From the NCBI GenBank assembly GCA_038143065.1, contig JAYQLI010000035.1:1888894-1952893 (forward strand): a stretch of 64,000 nucleotides of DNA. Direction: 5' to 3'. Made by a program: the position numbers and the translations under genes. Shown here one piece after another: positions 18,182 through 27,901 of the stretch (its first letter is position 1; each line of letters opens with the position of its first letter). This DNA comes from Rhodospirillales bacterium (GTDB lineage: Bacteria; Pseudomonadota; Alphaproteobacteria; Bin95). The notes beneath the pieces were generated by a model. The model worked only from the letters and a program-made list of their open reading frames with translations, was not told where the DNA came from and did not search any database.

Positions 18182-18832
18182 ATGCAAAACGTATTACGCG
18201 TTTTCTCCGTCACTGTTTTGGTAGCTATGACTGCAGGTTGCGGTAGCGTTAAAGATGAGTTGGGGCTTGAAAAGAAAGCACCCGATGAATTCACCGTCGT
18301 GCGAAACGCACCGCTAAGCTTGCCGCCTAACTATAATCTCAGGCCACCCAAGCCAGGAGAGAACGGGGCAGGACAGCAGGAACAGCGCGAAAAGGCTCGG
18401 ACTCTCCTAACTGGCCGACAAAACACGTTAAAAGCCAAACAAGATAAGTCATCTACCCAATCGAAGGCAGACTTCACATTTCTTGCTGGCCGATCTGATA
18501 ATCAAATAGGAGAAATAAAGGAGTATAGCTCAGCCAAAGACGACCAAGGCGAGCAGGCGCTTCTATCACATTTAGATGCAACGAATGCTGATCCAAAGAT
18601 CCGACAAAAGGTGGATCAAGAAGCAAATATACTCGCCTCTGACGATCGCGGCTTTGCAGAAAAGCTTATGTTTTGGCGTAAACAGGACACTCCTGGCTCC
18701 ATAGTTGATGCTGAAGGAGAGGCTAAGCGCCTTAAAGAGAATACCGCATCAGGCAAACCACCTACTGATGGCGAAACTCCTGTAATACGCATTGAAAGAT
18801 CCTCTTCATCAGGAGGAATAAGACTCTTCTGA
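18182..18832 (+). CDS. DUF3035 family lipoprotein
   Basis: Lipobox TAGC followed by PDEFTVV..APLSLPP.Y.LRPP.PG; usual position after lspA. Confidence 0.85.
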   Translation: MQNVLRVFSVTVLVAMTAGCGSVKDELGLEKKAPDEFTVVRNAPLSLPPNYNLRPPKPGENGAGQQEQREKARTLLTGRQNTLKAKQDKSSTQSKADFTFLAGRSDNQIGEIKEYSSAKDDQGEQALLSHLDATNADPKIRQKVDQEANILASDDRGFAEKLMFWRKQDTPGSIVDAEGEAKRLKENTASGKPPTDGETPVIRIERSSSSGGIRLF

Positions 18833-20178
18833 TGGGAATTCCATCCAATCGAGTCGCGATTTTTGCGTTAACTCTCTTTTTCGCAATAAGCACCGCATGT
18901 TTTGCATTTGCCGAGGTGTTTAAGCCAACTCGTTTCGTTTTAGAAAATGGTCTTGAGTTGGTTGTGATTGAGGACCATCGCCGACCAGTAGTTGCCCACT
19001 TTATTTTTTATCGCGTTGGCTCAATGGATGAAGACCCCGGCAAGACTGGCCTTGCCCACTTTCTTGAGCACCTCATGTTCAAAGGAACTGCCAGTATAGA
19101 AGCTGGGGCCTTTTCCAGCCTTGTCACGAAATATGGCGGCCGTGATAACGCTTTTACCTCCAAAGATCACACTGCTTATTTCCAGGTGGTTTCCTCTGAC
19201 AAGCTTGGGGAGATGATGGAAATGGAAGCGGATCGCATGACTAACCTGAGCTTTGACGATGTAATCGCACGCTCAGAACTTGCAGTAGTCTTAGAAGAGC
19301 GTCTATCCCGAGTTGAAAATCGGCCCGCTGGCATCCTTTATGAAACTCTAAATGCTGCCCTGTACCTGAGCCACCCTTATCGACGGCCAGTTATTGGCTG
19401 GAAACCAGAGGTTTCTGCTTTGACTAGGGCAGATGCCATGAAATTTTATCGGACTTGGTATAAGCCCAATAATGCCATTGTAGTCATATCAGGGAATGTT
19501 CGTCCTGAAGATGCATTAGCTCTTGCAAAGGTGAGTTACGGAAAGATCCCAAGTGGACCTCTGCCATCAAAACAAATTTTTCATGAGCCAGAACACACCT
19601 CACCTCGGCGGGTCATCCATGAAGACACTCGTGTTCGGCAATCATCTCTTCAAAGATTGTACTTAGCGCCAGCCTATAATGGCCAAGCGCGAGAGCCTTA
19701 TGCGCTCGATGTTCTTGCTGAAATCTTAGGCGGAGAAACAGGGACATTCTACAAAGCCCTGGTCATTAAGGCAAAGAAAGCACTGAATGCAACTTTTTGG
19801 TATGATGGGAGTGGCCGCGACTTTGGATCGTCAGGCCTTTATGCTTTACCCTCGCCCGGGTTTAGTCTCGATGCCTTGGAAAAGGAAATCCAAGAAGTTA
19901 TAGAGGATTTATTGCAAAATGGTATTGCAGAGACCGAAGTTGAAGCTGCTAAAAACAGGTTATTAGCCAAAGCCATTTTCGCTAGGGACAGCCTAGAGGG
20001 CCCAGCTCGAATTGTTGGTGACAGCCTTGTCAATGGAAGCACTATTGATGATGTCGAAGCCTGGCCAGAGAGAATACAAGCAGTAACAAAAATGGAGGTC
20101 GATCAAGCTGCAAAATCACTTCTTAGACTAGAGCGCTCTGCAACAGGATGGCTTATTCCTAAAACGGCTTCACCATGA
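18832..20178 (+). CDS. M16 family zinc metallopeptidase, catalytic subunit
   Basis: GLAHFLEHLMFKGT (HxxEH), NAFTS.D.TAY, signal peptide. Confidence 0.95.
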   Translation: MGIPSNRVAIFALTLFFAISTACFAFAEVFKPTRFVLENGLELVVIEDHRRPVVAHFIFYRVGSMDEDPGKTGLAHFLEHLMFKGTASIEAGAFSSLVTKYGGRDNAFTSKDHTAYFQVVSSDKLGEMMEMEADRMTNLSFDDVIARSELAVVLEERLSRVENRPAGILYETLNAALYLSHPYRRPVIGWKPEVSALTRADAMKFYRTWYKPNNAIVVISGNVRPEDALALAKVSYGKIPSGPLPSKQIFHEPEHTSPRRVIHEDTRVRQSSLQRLYLAPAYNGQAREPYALDVLAEILGGETGTFYKALVIKAKKALNATFWYDGSGRDFGSSGLYALPSPGFSLDALEKEIQEVIEDLLQNGIAETEVEAAKNRLLAKAIFARDSLEGPARIVGDSLVNGSTIDDVEAWPERIQAVTKMEVDQAAKSLLRLERSATGWLIPKTASP

Positions 20179-21516
20179 TTATAAATCGTGCTCTAGCAGT
20201 ATTTATTTTACTGTTTTCATTTACCTCAGCGCCTCTCGCAGCTCTTGAGGTAGTTGCTGTTGAGAAAGCCAAGGTTGATGCATGGCTGGCATCAGATTCT
20301 ACCATTCCTGTAGTTTCAATTGCTTTTCGATCAAGGTGGTGCGGCCGCTGACCCATCCGATTTGCAGGGTCGGACGCGCCTTTTAGCGGACCTCTTGACC
20401 GAGGGCGCTGGGGACTTGAATGGCTCCTCCCTCAAGAAACGCTTGGCTGACATTTCCGCCTCAGTCAGCTTCAGTGCCAGTCAAGACGCCATTTCCGGCT
20501 CCCTTTACACTCTCTCAAGAAACGTCAAAGAGGCAGCTGAACTTCTAGGCCTAATACTGACAACGCCTCGGCTAGATACAAGTGATCTTGAACGAGTGCG
20601 CGCTGCTCATCTGGCATCCCTCAAAACCGCTTTAGAAAGCCCTTCCCACCAAGCCTATCGAGCTTTTCTTGGAGCTAGTTTTCAAAGTCACCCTTATGCT
20701 CGCTCAGTTCGAGGTAATATCTCAACACTTGAAAAGATAACTAAGGACGACCTCCTTGCTCTAATGAAGGAGAGGTTTGGCCGCGATCGCTTATTTGTGT
20801 CAGCAGCGGGAGATATCACTCCAATCGACCTAGAAAACGTTATTGATCTCGCTTTTGGTCGTTTACCATTAAATGCTTCCGGCCCAGCTATGGATCCTCA
20901 AACCGTTGTTTGGCCACGAAAACCAGTTCGCTTGGCTGTCAGAATGGAAACACCACAATCCACAATTGTTTTTGGTGGAAGTGGATTGCGCAGAGAGGAT
21001 AAGGATTGGCGCATCGCAACGTTATTGTCAGAAATCATGGGCGGAAGCTTTGGCAGTAGGCTAATGGAACAAGTCCGTGTAAAGCGTGGCCTGGTCTATG
21101 GTATCAATCTTTCGAATACAGAATTGGAATCAGCCGCTTTGCTTTTGGGCTCTACCAGCACTCAGAACAGCACAGTAGAGGAAACTTTAGCTGTGATAGT
21201 GGAAGAGTGGAGGAAGATGTCATTAGATGGACCAACCCAAAAAGAATTCGATGATGCTAAGTCCTACTTTATTGGCTCTTTGCCCCTTGCGCTTGATTCA
21301 ACAACCGCAATTGCCCAGACACTACTCTCGATGCGAGTGAACAATTTACCAAAGAACTATCTAGATCATCGGAATGCTCAGATTGATGCTATAACTCTAC
21401 AAGATGCAAAACGCGTTGCTTCAAAACTATTCGATCCGAGTAATTTAACTTTTTCCATCGCAGGTTCCGCTGAAGGTTTAGATCAGTGGAAAGCCATTTC
21501 AAAATTGGATGATTAA
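20175..21516 (+). CDS. M16 family peptidase, non-catalytic partner, with an indel near T4 20324-20327
   Basis: ATG 20175 overlaps the upstream stop and gives a signal peptide plus AWL.SD.TIPVVSI, which joins FDQGGAAADP. SRLMEQVRVKRGLVY is present; HxxEH is absent. Confidence 0.88.
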
Positions 21517-21518
21517 GA

Positions 21519-22802
21519 GTGATTGGCTATTCCCAAGACCTTAAAGGAACAATTGGATCAGTGGGTTTGCCCGAAGACCACTTAATCGAATTGGCCACCT
21601 CTCTTAGTGGCGAGCTGAGGGATTTGCAAACAGCGCGAGAAAACGGTGAGAATGAAATACTTGCTCTCGCAGATAAGAAAGATGACCTCGAGGAAATTTT
21701 AGAGGCAGCCGCACGGATCAGTGATAGAGCTAAAACCGTTGTAATACTTGGAACCGGAGGTTCAAGCCTTGGGGGCCAGACATTGGCCAGACTTGCTGAT
21801 CATGGCTTTGGACCTAAACCAAGACGTCCACGAGTAATTTTCTTCGATAACGTTGACCCAACCACTTTCGCAGCTTTCTTCGCCTCTACCGACCCCTCAA
21901 ATACTCGCTTCATTGCAATATCAAAATCCGGATCAACAGCAGAGACCGTTCTGCAAACTCAAGCTTGTATATACTGGTTAAAAACATACTCCAGGATCGC
22001 ACCTAAAGATGTATTTACGATTATTACTGAGGCAAAACCTAGCCTTCTTTCAAAAATAGCAGATGTACACCGTATCCCTCGTATTAGTCATAGCGCTGCA
22101 ATTGGAGGGCGATACTCGGCTCTTTCAACTGTGGGCCTTTTGCCAGCAGCAATAGCAGGACTCGATGTGGCCACAATCCGAAAAGCTGCTGCTGCTTCCA
22201 TGGATGCATCTTTAAAAAACATCCCCAATATAAGTCCAGCTGCGTTAGGCGCAGCAGTTAATGCAGGCCTAAGCCAAGTGAAAAATATAAAGACCTCGGT
22301 ACTAATGCCATATGTGGACGCCCTGCAGCCATTCACTTTTTGGTATCGTCAATTGTGGGCTGAAAGTTTGGGTAAAAATGGTAATGGAACCCTTCCTGTA
22401 AATGCTCTGGGCACAGTAGATCAACACAGTCAATTACAATTATATTTGGGTGGACCGAACGACAAATTCTTTAATCTAATCTTTGCGGAAAAAACTGACT
22501 CAACCGAAGTTCCGTCACTTTCGAAAGAGATTGATCTTGGTTACCTGGATGGAAAGTCCTTTGGTGACTTGTTGGATGCTTCGCAGCGCACTACTGCAGA
22601 AACATTAATTCAACATGGCCGACCAACTCGGGTTTTCCATATCCAACAACCCAATGAGGAAGCGGTTGGCGCCTTGATGGCACACTATATGCTAGAAACG
22701 ATGCTTACTGCCCGACTTTTAGGGGTGAATCCCTTCGACCAACCTGCCGTGGAGGAGAGTAAAGCGCTTGCACGGAACTATCTTGCTGATACGCGTAAAT
22801 AA
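21519..22802 (+). CDS. pgi: Glucose-6-phosphate isomerase (short form)
   Basis: LGTGGSSLG, ISKSGSTAET, IGGRYS, QLWAESLGK, DQHSQLQ, NPFDQPAVEESK. Confidence 0.96.
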   Translation: MIGYSQDLKGTIGSVGLPEDHLIELATSLSGELRDLQTARENGENEILALADKKDDLEEILEAAARISDRAKTVVILGTGGSSLGGQTLARLADHGFGPKPRRPRVIFFDNVDPTTFAAFFASTDPSNTRFIAISKSGSTAETVLQTQACIYWLKTYSRIAPKDVFTIITEAKPSLLSKIADVHRIPRISHSAAIGGRYSALSTVGLLPAAIAGLDVATIRKAAAASMDASLKNIPNISPAALGAAVNAGLSQVKNIKTSVLMPYVDALQPFTFWYRQLWAESLGKNGNGTLPVNALGTVDQHSQLQLYLGGPNDKFFNLIFAEKTDSTEVPSLSKEIDLGYLDGKSFGDLLDASQRTTAETLIQHGRPTRVFHIQQPNEEAVGALMAHYMLETMLTARLLGVNPFDQPAVEESKALARNYLADTRK

Positions 22803-24541
22803 TGAGTATTCGTCGACTACCCTCTGGCCTGATTAACCGTATCGCTGCCGGCGAGGTAATCGAACGACCTGCAGCTGTCGTGAAAGAGTTTGTGGAAACT
22901 GCCCTAGCCGCCGGCGCTAAACGTATTGATGTCATTTTAGCAGAAGGCGGACGAACGCGGATATCTGTAGCCGATGATGGTAACGGGATGGCACCAGACG
23001 ATCTTTGTCTCGCCATAGAAAGACATGCAACGTCTAAGCTGCCAGATGACGATCTCGTGCATATAACGAACCTTGGGTTTAGAGGTGAAGCATTACCTTC
23101 AATAGGTGCAGTAGCACGCCTCACACTGACTAGCAGGCAAGAAGGCTTGGACTCGGCGTGGCGTATCAAGGTCATGGGTGGTCAGGTATTCAAACCAGAG
23201 CCAGCAGCACGCTCTAAAGGTACGACAGCAGAGGCGCTGGATCTATTCTTTGCAACGCCTGCTCGTCTTAAATTTTTACGTGCCCCCCGAAGCGAAACAC
23301 AGGCATGCGTCGAAGTCGTGCGCCGCCTAGGTCTAAGCCGCTCCGATGTTGCTTTTACTCTAGAAAACGACGGGAAACGAATCTTAGACTTTCCTTCTGT
23401 TAAGGCTTCAGAGCCCGAAGAAATCCTAAGCCGCGCAGGAACCATTCTTGGCCAAGACTTTTCCAATACAGCACGCAAAATTGAGGCCGGTCGAGAAGGC
23501 ATCAGGCTATATGGCTACTCAAGCGGGCCATCCTATGACCGGGCAAATGGCCTCGCTCAATATTTCTTTGTAAATGGCAGACCAGTGCGCGACCCGCAGC
23601 TTTTGGGTGCAGCACGTGCAGCTTACGCTGACCTTCTGCCACGCAGTCGTTTTCCAGCGCTTGCGCTGTTCTTGGAACTTCCTTCTCATTTGGTGGATGT
23701 CAATGTGCATCCAGCAAAAACAGAAGTGCGCTTCCGTGAGCCAGGTCTAATTCGAGCATTGATTGTATCTTCGCTAAAACAGGCTCTCGCGAGTGCTGAC
23801 TTCGGGGGCCAAGAAGCAACATCTTCGTCTGCCATTTCTAACTGGAAAGAACGGCCTCAGCTCAACCCTTTTACACAAGCGCCAATTCAAAATTTTGCTT
23901 TTGGTTCATTTCCCCCATCGGCGTCTGTAGAAAACGTGCCACCTTCCAATGAGGAGTTACGCCATCCCTTAGGTGCCGCGCGAGCACAATTGCACGGCAA
24001 TTACATCTTAGCTCAAACGGAGAAGGGTATAGTGCTGGTAGACCAGCATGCTGCCCATGAACGTTTGGTATACGAACGACTAAAAGCCGCCCGCTCAGAA
24101 GGCGGTGTTCCTCGACAGATATTACTTGTACCAGAGGTAGTTGAGATAGATGCCGCTGCAGCAATAGCTCTCACTGATCAAGCAGAAGCGCTGGCTGAAC
24201 TTGGATTGGTTGTAGAAGCTTTTGGGCCTGGCGCAGTCTTGGTTCGGGAAACCCCTGCACCATTGGGCGAGGCAGATGTCCAAAGCCTGATTAAGGACCT
24301 TGCCGACGAAATCCTAGCTGCAGAAACATCAGAACCTCTACTCAAGCGTTTGGATGCAGTTGCCGCAACAATAGCATGTCATGGAAGCGTCCGCTCAGGC
24401 CGTCAATTAAATCAGGCGGAAATGAACGCCCTTTTGCGCGAAATGGAAGCAACTCCAAATTCTGAACGGTGTAATCATGGACGGCCAACATATATAAGAC
24501 TCGAGCTTTCCGAGCTCGAGCGCCTATTTGAGCGCCGGTAA
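22802..24541 (+). CDS. mutL: DNA mismatch repair endonuclease MutL (N-box degenerate as sequenced)
   Basis: IAAGEVIERP, HATSKL, GFRGEAL, DVNVHPAKTEV, DQHAAHER, ACH, CNHGRP. Confidence 0.97.
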   Translation: MSIRRLPSGLINRIAAGEVIERPAAVVKEFVETALAAGAKRIDVILAEGGRTRISVADDGNGMAPDDLCLAIERHATSKLPDDDLVHITNLGFRGEALPSIGAVARLTLTSRQEGLDSAWRIKVMGGQVFKPEPAARSKGTTAEALDLFFATPARLKFLRAPRSETQACVEVVRRLGLSRSDVAFTLENDGKRILDFPSVKASEPEEILSRAGTILGQDFSNTARKIEAGREGIRLYGYSSGPSYDRANGLAQYFFVNGRPVRDPQLLGAARAAYADLLPRSRFPALALFLELPSHLVDVNVHPAKTEVRFREPGLIRALIVSSLKQALASADFGGQEATSSSAISNWKERPQLNPFTQAPIQNFAFGSFPPSASVENVPPSNEELRHPLGAARAQLHGNYILAQTEKGIVLVDQHAAHERLVYERLKAARSEGGVPRQILLVPEVVEIDAAAAIALTDQAEALAELGLVVEAFGPGAVLVRETPAPLGEADVQSLIKDLADEILAAETSEPLLKRLDAVAATIACHGSVRSGRQLNQAEMNALLREMEATPNSERCNHGRPTYIRLELSELERLFERR

Positions 24542-24561
24542 ATTTTGAAAGGAATTTAAAA

Positions 24562-24828
24562 ATGAAAGATCTTGATGCGAAGACCCAGACCGAGCTTGAA
24601 GCTGCAGCCTTTCGAACCCTTGTAAGCCATCTAAGTGAACGAACGGACGTACAAAACATTGATCTTATGAATCTGGCAGCCTTCTGCCGAAACTGCCTTT
24701 CGAAATGGTACACAGCCGCAGCAAAAGAAAAGGGCTTGGGCTTAGACTATGAGGGCGCCAGAGAAATTGTATACGGGATGCCTTATGACGAATGGAAAGC
24801 TATTCTTCAGAAAGAAGCTAGTAATTAA
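24562..24828 (+). CDS. DUF1244 family protein
   Basis: ELEAAAFR.L..HL..R.DVQNIDLMNLA.FCRNCLS.W, REIVYGMPY.EWK. Confidence 0.9.
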   Translation: MKDLDAKTQTELEAAAFRTLVSHLSERTDVQNIDLMNLAAFCRNCLSKWYTAAAKEKGLGLDYEGAREIVYGMPYDEWKAILQKEASN

Positions 24829-24939
24829 CAGATTTTGGCATTTTAAGTCGCCTACAAAAGCTTGTTTCAATAACTGAAGACATTACGCCGCGCGATCTAA
24901 TCTTCTCTAGAATTAACAGTCGCGCTATGGACCTTCGCA

Positions 24940-25830
24940 ATGCCCTATCAATCCAACCTTACCGGACCTACATCTAGGTTCTTCACTTCTCAACGTTTGC
25001 GCCTCCATTATGTTGAATGGGGCCCCCAAGAAGCGCCACCATTAGTTCTCGTCCATGGTGGCCGAGATCATTGTCGTAACTGGGATTGGGTGGCTACTGA
25101 TCTTGCCAAAGACTATCGCATCGTTGCCCCTGACCTTCGCGGCCACGGTGACTCTGCCTGGTTGATAGGCGGCGGGTATAGGATGACGGATTATGTTTAC
25201 GATTTAGCGCAACTTTTCTTTCACTTAAATCTTAAGCATGCACCGATTATTGGACACAGCCTTGGTGGGGCTATCACCCTTCAATTCGCAGGTGCGTTTC
25301 CGGACATGGTAGAGAGACTAATTGCAATTGAAGGGCTCGGCCTTTCACCAGAGCGGCTGGAGCGTGATTCCAAGGTTTCAACACAAGAAAAAATGCAGAA
25401 ATGGATTTCTGACACCCGAAGCGCCGCAGGTCGGACGCCTAAAAGATACGCTTCAATAGAAGAAGCTGCAGCCCGCATGCACGAAGCAAACAGCCATTTA
25501 TCTCAGGAACAAGCATGGCACCTTACAGTTCATGGAGTGAATCAAAACGAAGATGGTACGTATAGTTGGAAATTTGATAACTATGTTCGAATAAACCGCC
25601 CTTTTGGCCTTACCCCCGAAGAAACCAGAGACTTTTGGCGAGAAATAAAGTGTCCAGTTTTGTTGATCCGAGGAAAAGAAAGCTGGGCAAGCGATCCATT
25701 AAAAGATGGCCGTGCTACTTTCTTTAAAAATGCCCGTGTAGAGAATTTTGAAAGGGCCGGCCATTGGGTTCATCATGACCGTCTAGACGCTTTCTTGCCA
25801 ATGGCGCGGGATTTTCTCTCAGGAAAATAA
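24940..25830 (+). CDS. Alpha/beta fold hydrolase
   Basis: LVHGG, DLRGHGDS, nucleophile GHSLGG, AGHWVHHD. Confidence 0.9.
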   Translation: MPYQSNLTGPTSRFFTSQRLRLHYVEWGPQEAPPLVLVHGGRDHCRNWDWVATDLAKDYRIVAPDLRGHGDSAWLIGGGYRMTDYVYDLAQLFFHLNLKHAPIIGHSLGGAITLQFAGAFPDMVERLIAIEGLGLSPERLERDSKVSTQEKMQKWISDTRSAAGRTPKRYASIEEAAARMHEANSHLSQEQAWHLTVHGVNQNEDGTYSWKFDNYVRINRPFGLTPEETRDFWREIKCPVLLIRGKESWASDPLKDGRATFFKNARVENFERAGHWVHHDRLDAFLPMARDFLSGK

Positions 25831-25918
25831 ATTCTGTTTTCTGCAAGAATCGGGTGGTTGGTTAAAATCATTATTTGCAAAATTAACCCTATGATCGCTG
25901 TGCTCTGAGCAAATATGG

Positions 25919-26773
25919 ATGACCCACACAGATACTTACCACACGATTGAAAAGGCGATGGCAATAATTGCCGATATGCAGCATGAGCAGCCAGAGCTCT
26001 CCTGGATATCAGCAGAGCTCGGCCTATCAGAATCCTACTTACAACGGACATTTAAACAGTGGGTGGGATTAAGCCCTAAGAAATTTCTTCAACACCTCAC
26101 TCTCAATTACGCGAAAACCCGCCTGGAGGAAGGTGCAAGCATTCTTGATGCTTCAATGGATGCTGGTCTTTCTGCACCATCGCGCATGCATGATCTTTTT
26201 GTAATACATGAGGGCTTCAGCCCAGGCGAATATAAAAATCGCGGATATGGGATCACAATTACGTGGGGCTGGGCAAAAAGTCCTTTTGGTGCTGCACTTG
26301 TAATGCAGCGCAAGGGTCGACTTGTTGGCCTTGCATTTGCCTCCGCCGGAGAAACAGGAACTAAAGAGCACTCAAATGTTTTGGCCAATATGAAAGCACG
26401 TTGGCCCGCAGCTGTTTTCATCGAAGATAGTGAGGCCGCCAATTCAATGGGCCAATGCATTTTTGGCCCAAAAAATAAAAAAATTGAACTTCAACTCCTT
26501 GGCACCCCTTTTCAGATCAAGGTGTGGCAAGCATTACTGGAAATACCTTCCGGCGGGCTGGTCGCTTACGGCGATATTGCTAAAAGTATTGCTGCGCCTC
26601 GAGCTGCCAGAGCTATAGGCGCAGCAATAGGCAGAAACCCAATCTCCTGGCTCATCCCTTGCCACCGAGTAATCTTGTCTAATGGATATTTACGAAACTA
26701 CGAGTGGGGAATACCGCGAAAACTTGCAATGATTGGCTGGGAAGCTGCTGAACAGAGTAAGCGTCAGCCGTAA
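25919..26773 (+). CDS. AraC-HTH / methylated-DNA--protein-cysteine methyltransferase (Ada/Ogt-like)
   Basis: LQRTFKQWVGLSPKKF HTH, GTPFQIKVW.AL..IP, NPIS..IPCHRV. Confidence 0.92.
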   Translation: MTHTDTYHTIEKAMAIIADMQHEQPELSWISAELGLSESYLQRTFKQWVGLSPKKFLQHLTLNYAKTRLEEGASILDASMDAGLSAPSRMHDLFVIHEGFSPGEYKNRGYGITITWGWAKSPFGAALVMQRKGRLVGLAFASAGETGTKEHSNVLANMKARWPAAVFIEDSEAANSMGQCIFGPKNKKIELQLLGTPFQIKVWQALLEIPSGGLVAYGDIAKSIAAPRAARAIGAAIGRNPISWLIPCHRVILSNGYLRNYEWGIPRKLAMIGWEAAEQSKRQP

Positions 26774-27238
26774 CTACCTAAGAGACTGAAAAAAATCAGC
26801 CAACATCTTTGCGGCTTCTTTTTCTCTATACCCTCCAATGATTTCAGGAACATGGCGGCATGTTTCTCGCTGAAATACGCGAGCACCATGTTCAACACCT
26901 CCGCCTTTAGAGTCGTAAGCTCCAAAGACAATGCGATTAATGCGTGCGTGCTCTATGGCACCTGCACACATGGCACATGGCTCTAGGGTGACATAAAGTG
27001 TGCAATCAGAAAGTCTTGCAACGCCAAGCCGTTGGGCCGCGATCCGTAAAGCCAAAGTTTCAGCATGAGCCGTTGGATCAGGCGTTGTTTCGACAAGATT
27101 ATGAGCAACGCTTATGCACTGCTTGCCCCTGGCTACAACTGCGCCAACGGGCACCTCACCTGCTTCTGCCGCAGCTCGAGCCGCAAAGAAGGCGGCATCC
27201 ATCATCAAGGCATCAATCGGTGGGGACACAGCAGCCAT
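26774..27238 (-). CDS. tadA: tRNA adenosine(34) deaminase
   Basis: GEVPVGAV, DPTAHAE, LYVTLEPCAMC. Start reassigned to ATG 27238. Confidence 0.93.
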   Translation of the reverse strand: MAAVSPPIDALMMDAAFFAARAAAEAGEVPVGAVVARGKQCISVAHNLVETTPDPTAHAETLALRIAAQRLGVARLSDCTLYVTLEPCAMCAGAIEHARINRIVFGAYDSKGGGVEHGARVFQRETCRHVPEIIGGYREKEAAKMLADFFQSLR

Positions 27239-27302
27239 ATTTATGATATGTACACCTATCGTTTTTAGCGGCAAAATTATTTCGTGAGAAGGCGTCAACA
27301 AC

Positions 27303-27800
27303 TTGCGTGCTTTTATATCAATCGCACTCTTTATCTCTACTTTTTTAGCAGCAATGCCTTCTAAGGCTCAGTCTGTTCGGGAAACAACTCGCATTTTTCA
27401 AGATTGGCGGGAAGGCTGTGAGGCCCGGACAGATACCAAAGAGGTTTGCTTCATATTTCAACGACTATCTTATCAAGATAGGCCTGCAGCAAATATTATG
27501 GTGGGCTTTAAGTTGGGGCAGACGGTTCCGATCGCTGTAATCAATCTACCACTTGGCGCAATATTATTGCCCGATGGCCTTCGAATTAAGATTGATCAAG
27601 GTATCGACGGCTGGGCCCCATTTCGCTTTTGCGACCAACTTGGGTGCCATGTTGAAATGGAAATTGAAGATAAGCTTTTTGAGGCGATGAAAAACGGATT
27701 GAAAGGCGTTTTAGTATTCAGAGACTTAAACGGCCGAGAAATTGAAGTTTCTTTATCACTTCGTGGTTTTACCGCTGGTCTTAAAGCCATACAGCGCTGA
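27303..27800 (+). CDS. Invasion-associated locus B (IalB) family exported protein
   Basis: Signal peptide, F.DW...C...C...Q, LPLG..LP.G...ID, C...GC, SLRGFTA. Confidence 0.8.
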   Translation: MRAFISIALFISTFLAAMPSKAQSVRETTRIFQDWREGCEARTDTKEVCFIFQRLSYQDRPAANIMVGFKLGQTVPIAVINLPLGAILLPDGLRIKIDQGIDGWAPFRFCDQLGCHVEMEIEDKLFEAMKNGLKGVLVFRDLNGREIEVSLSLRGFTAGLKAIQR

Positions 27801-27901
27801 ATTAGCGCCAGACGAGACAAACTCAATTTTTGGATCAGTAGTTTCGCAAGCTACTATTCCGAACTAAGCTTTCTCATGTCCAACGGACAAAGAGGAAAGC
27901 A

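Noticed and set aside
25919-26773. Ada-like protein lacking the N-terminal zinc domain
   Set aside because: The HTH-plus-methyltransferase architecture is common in alphaproteobacteria.
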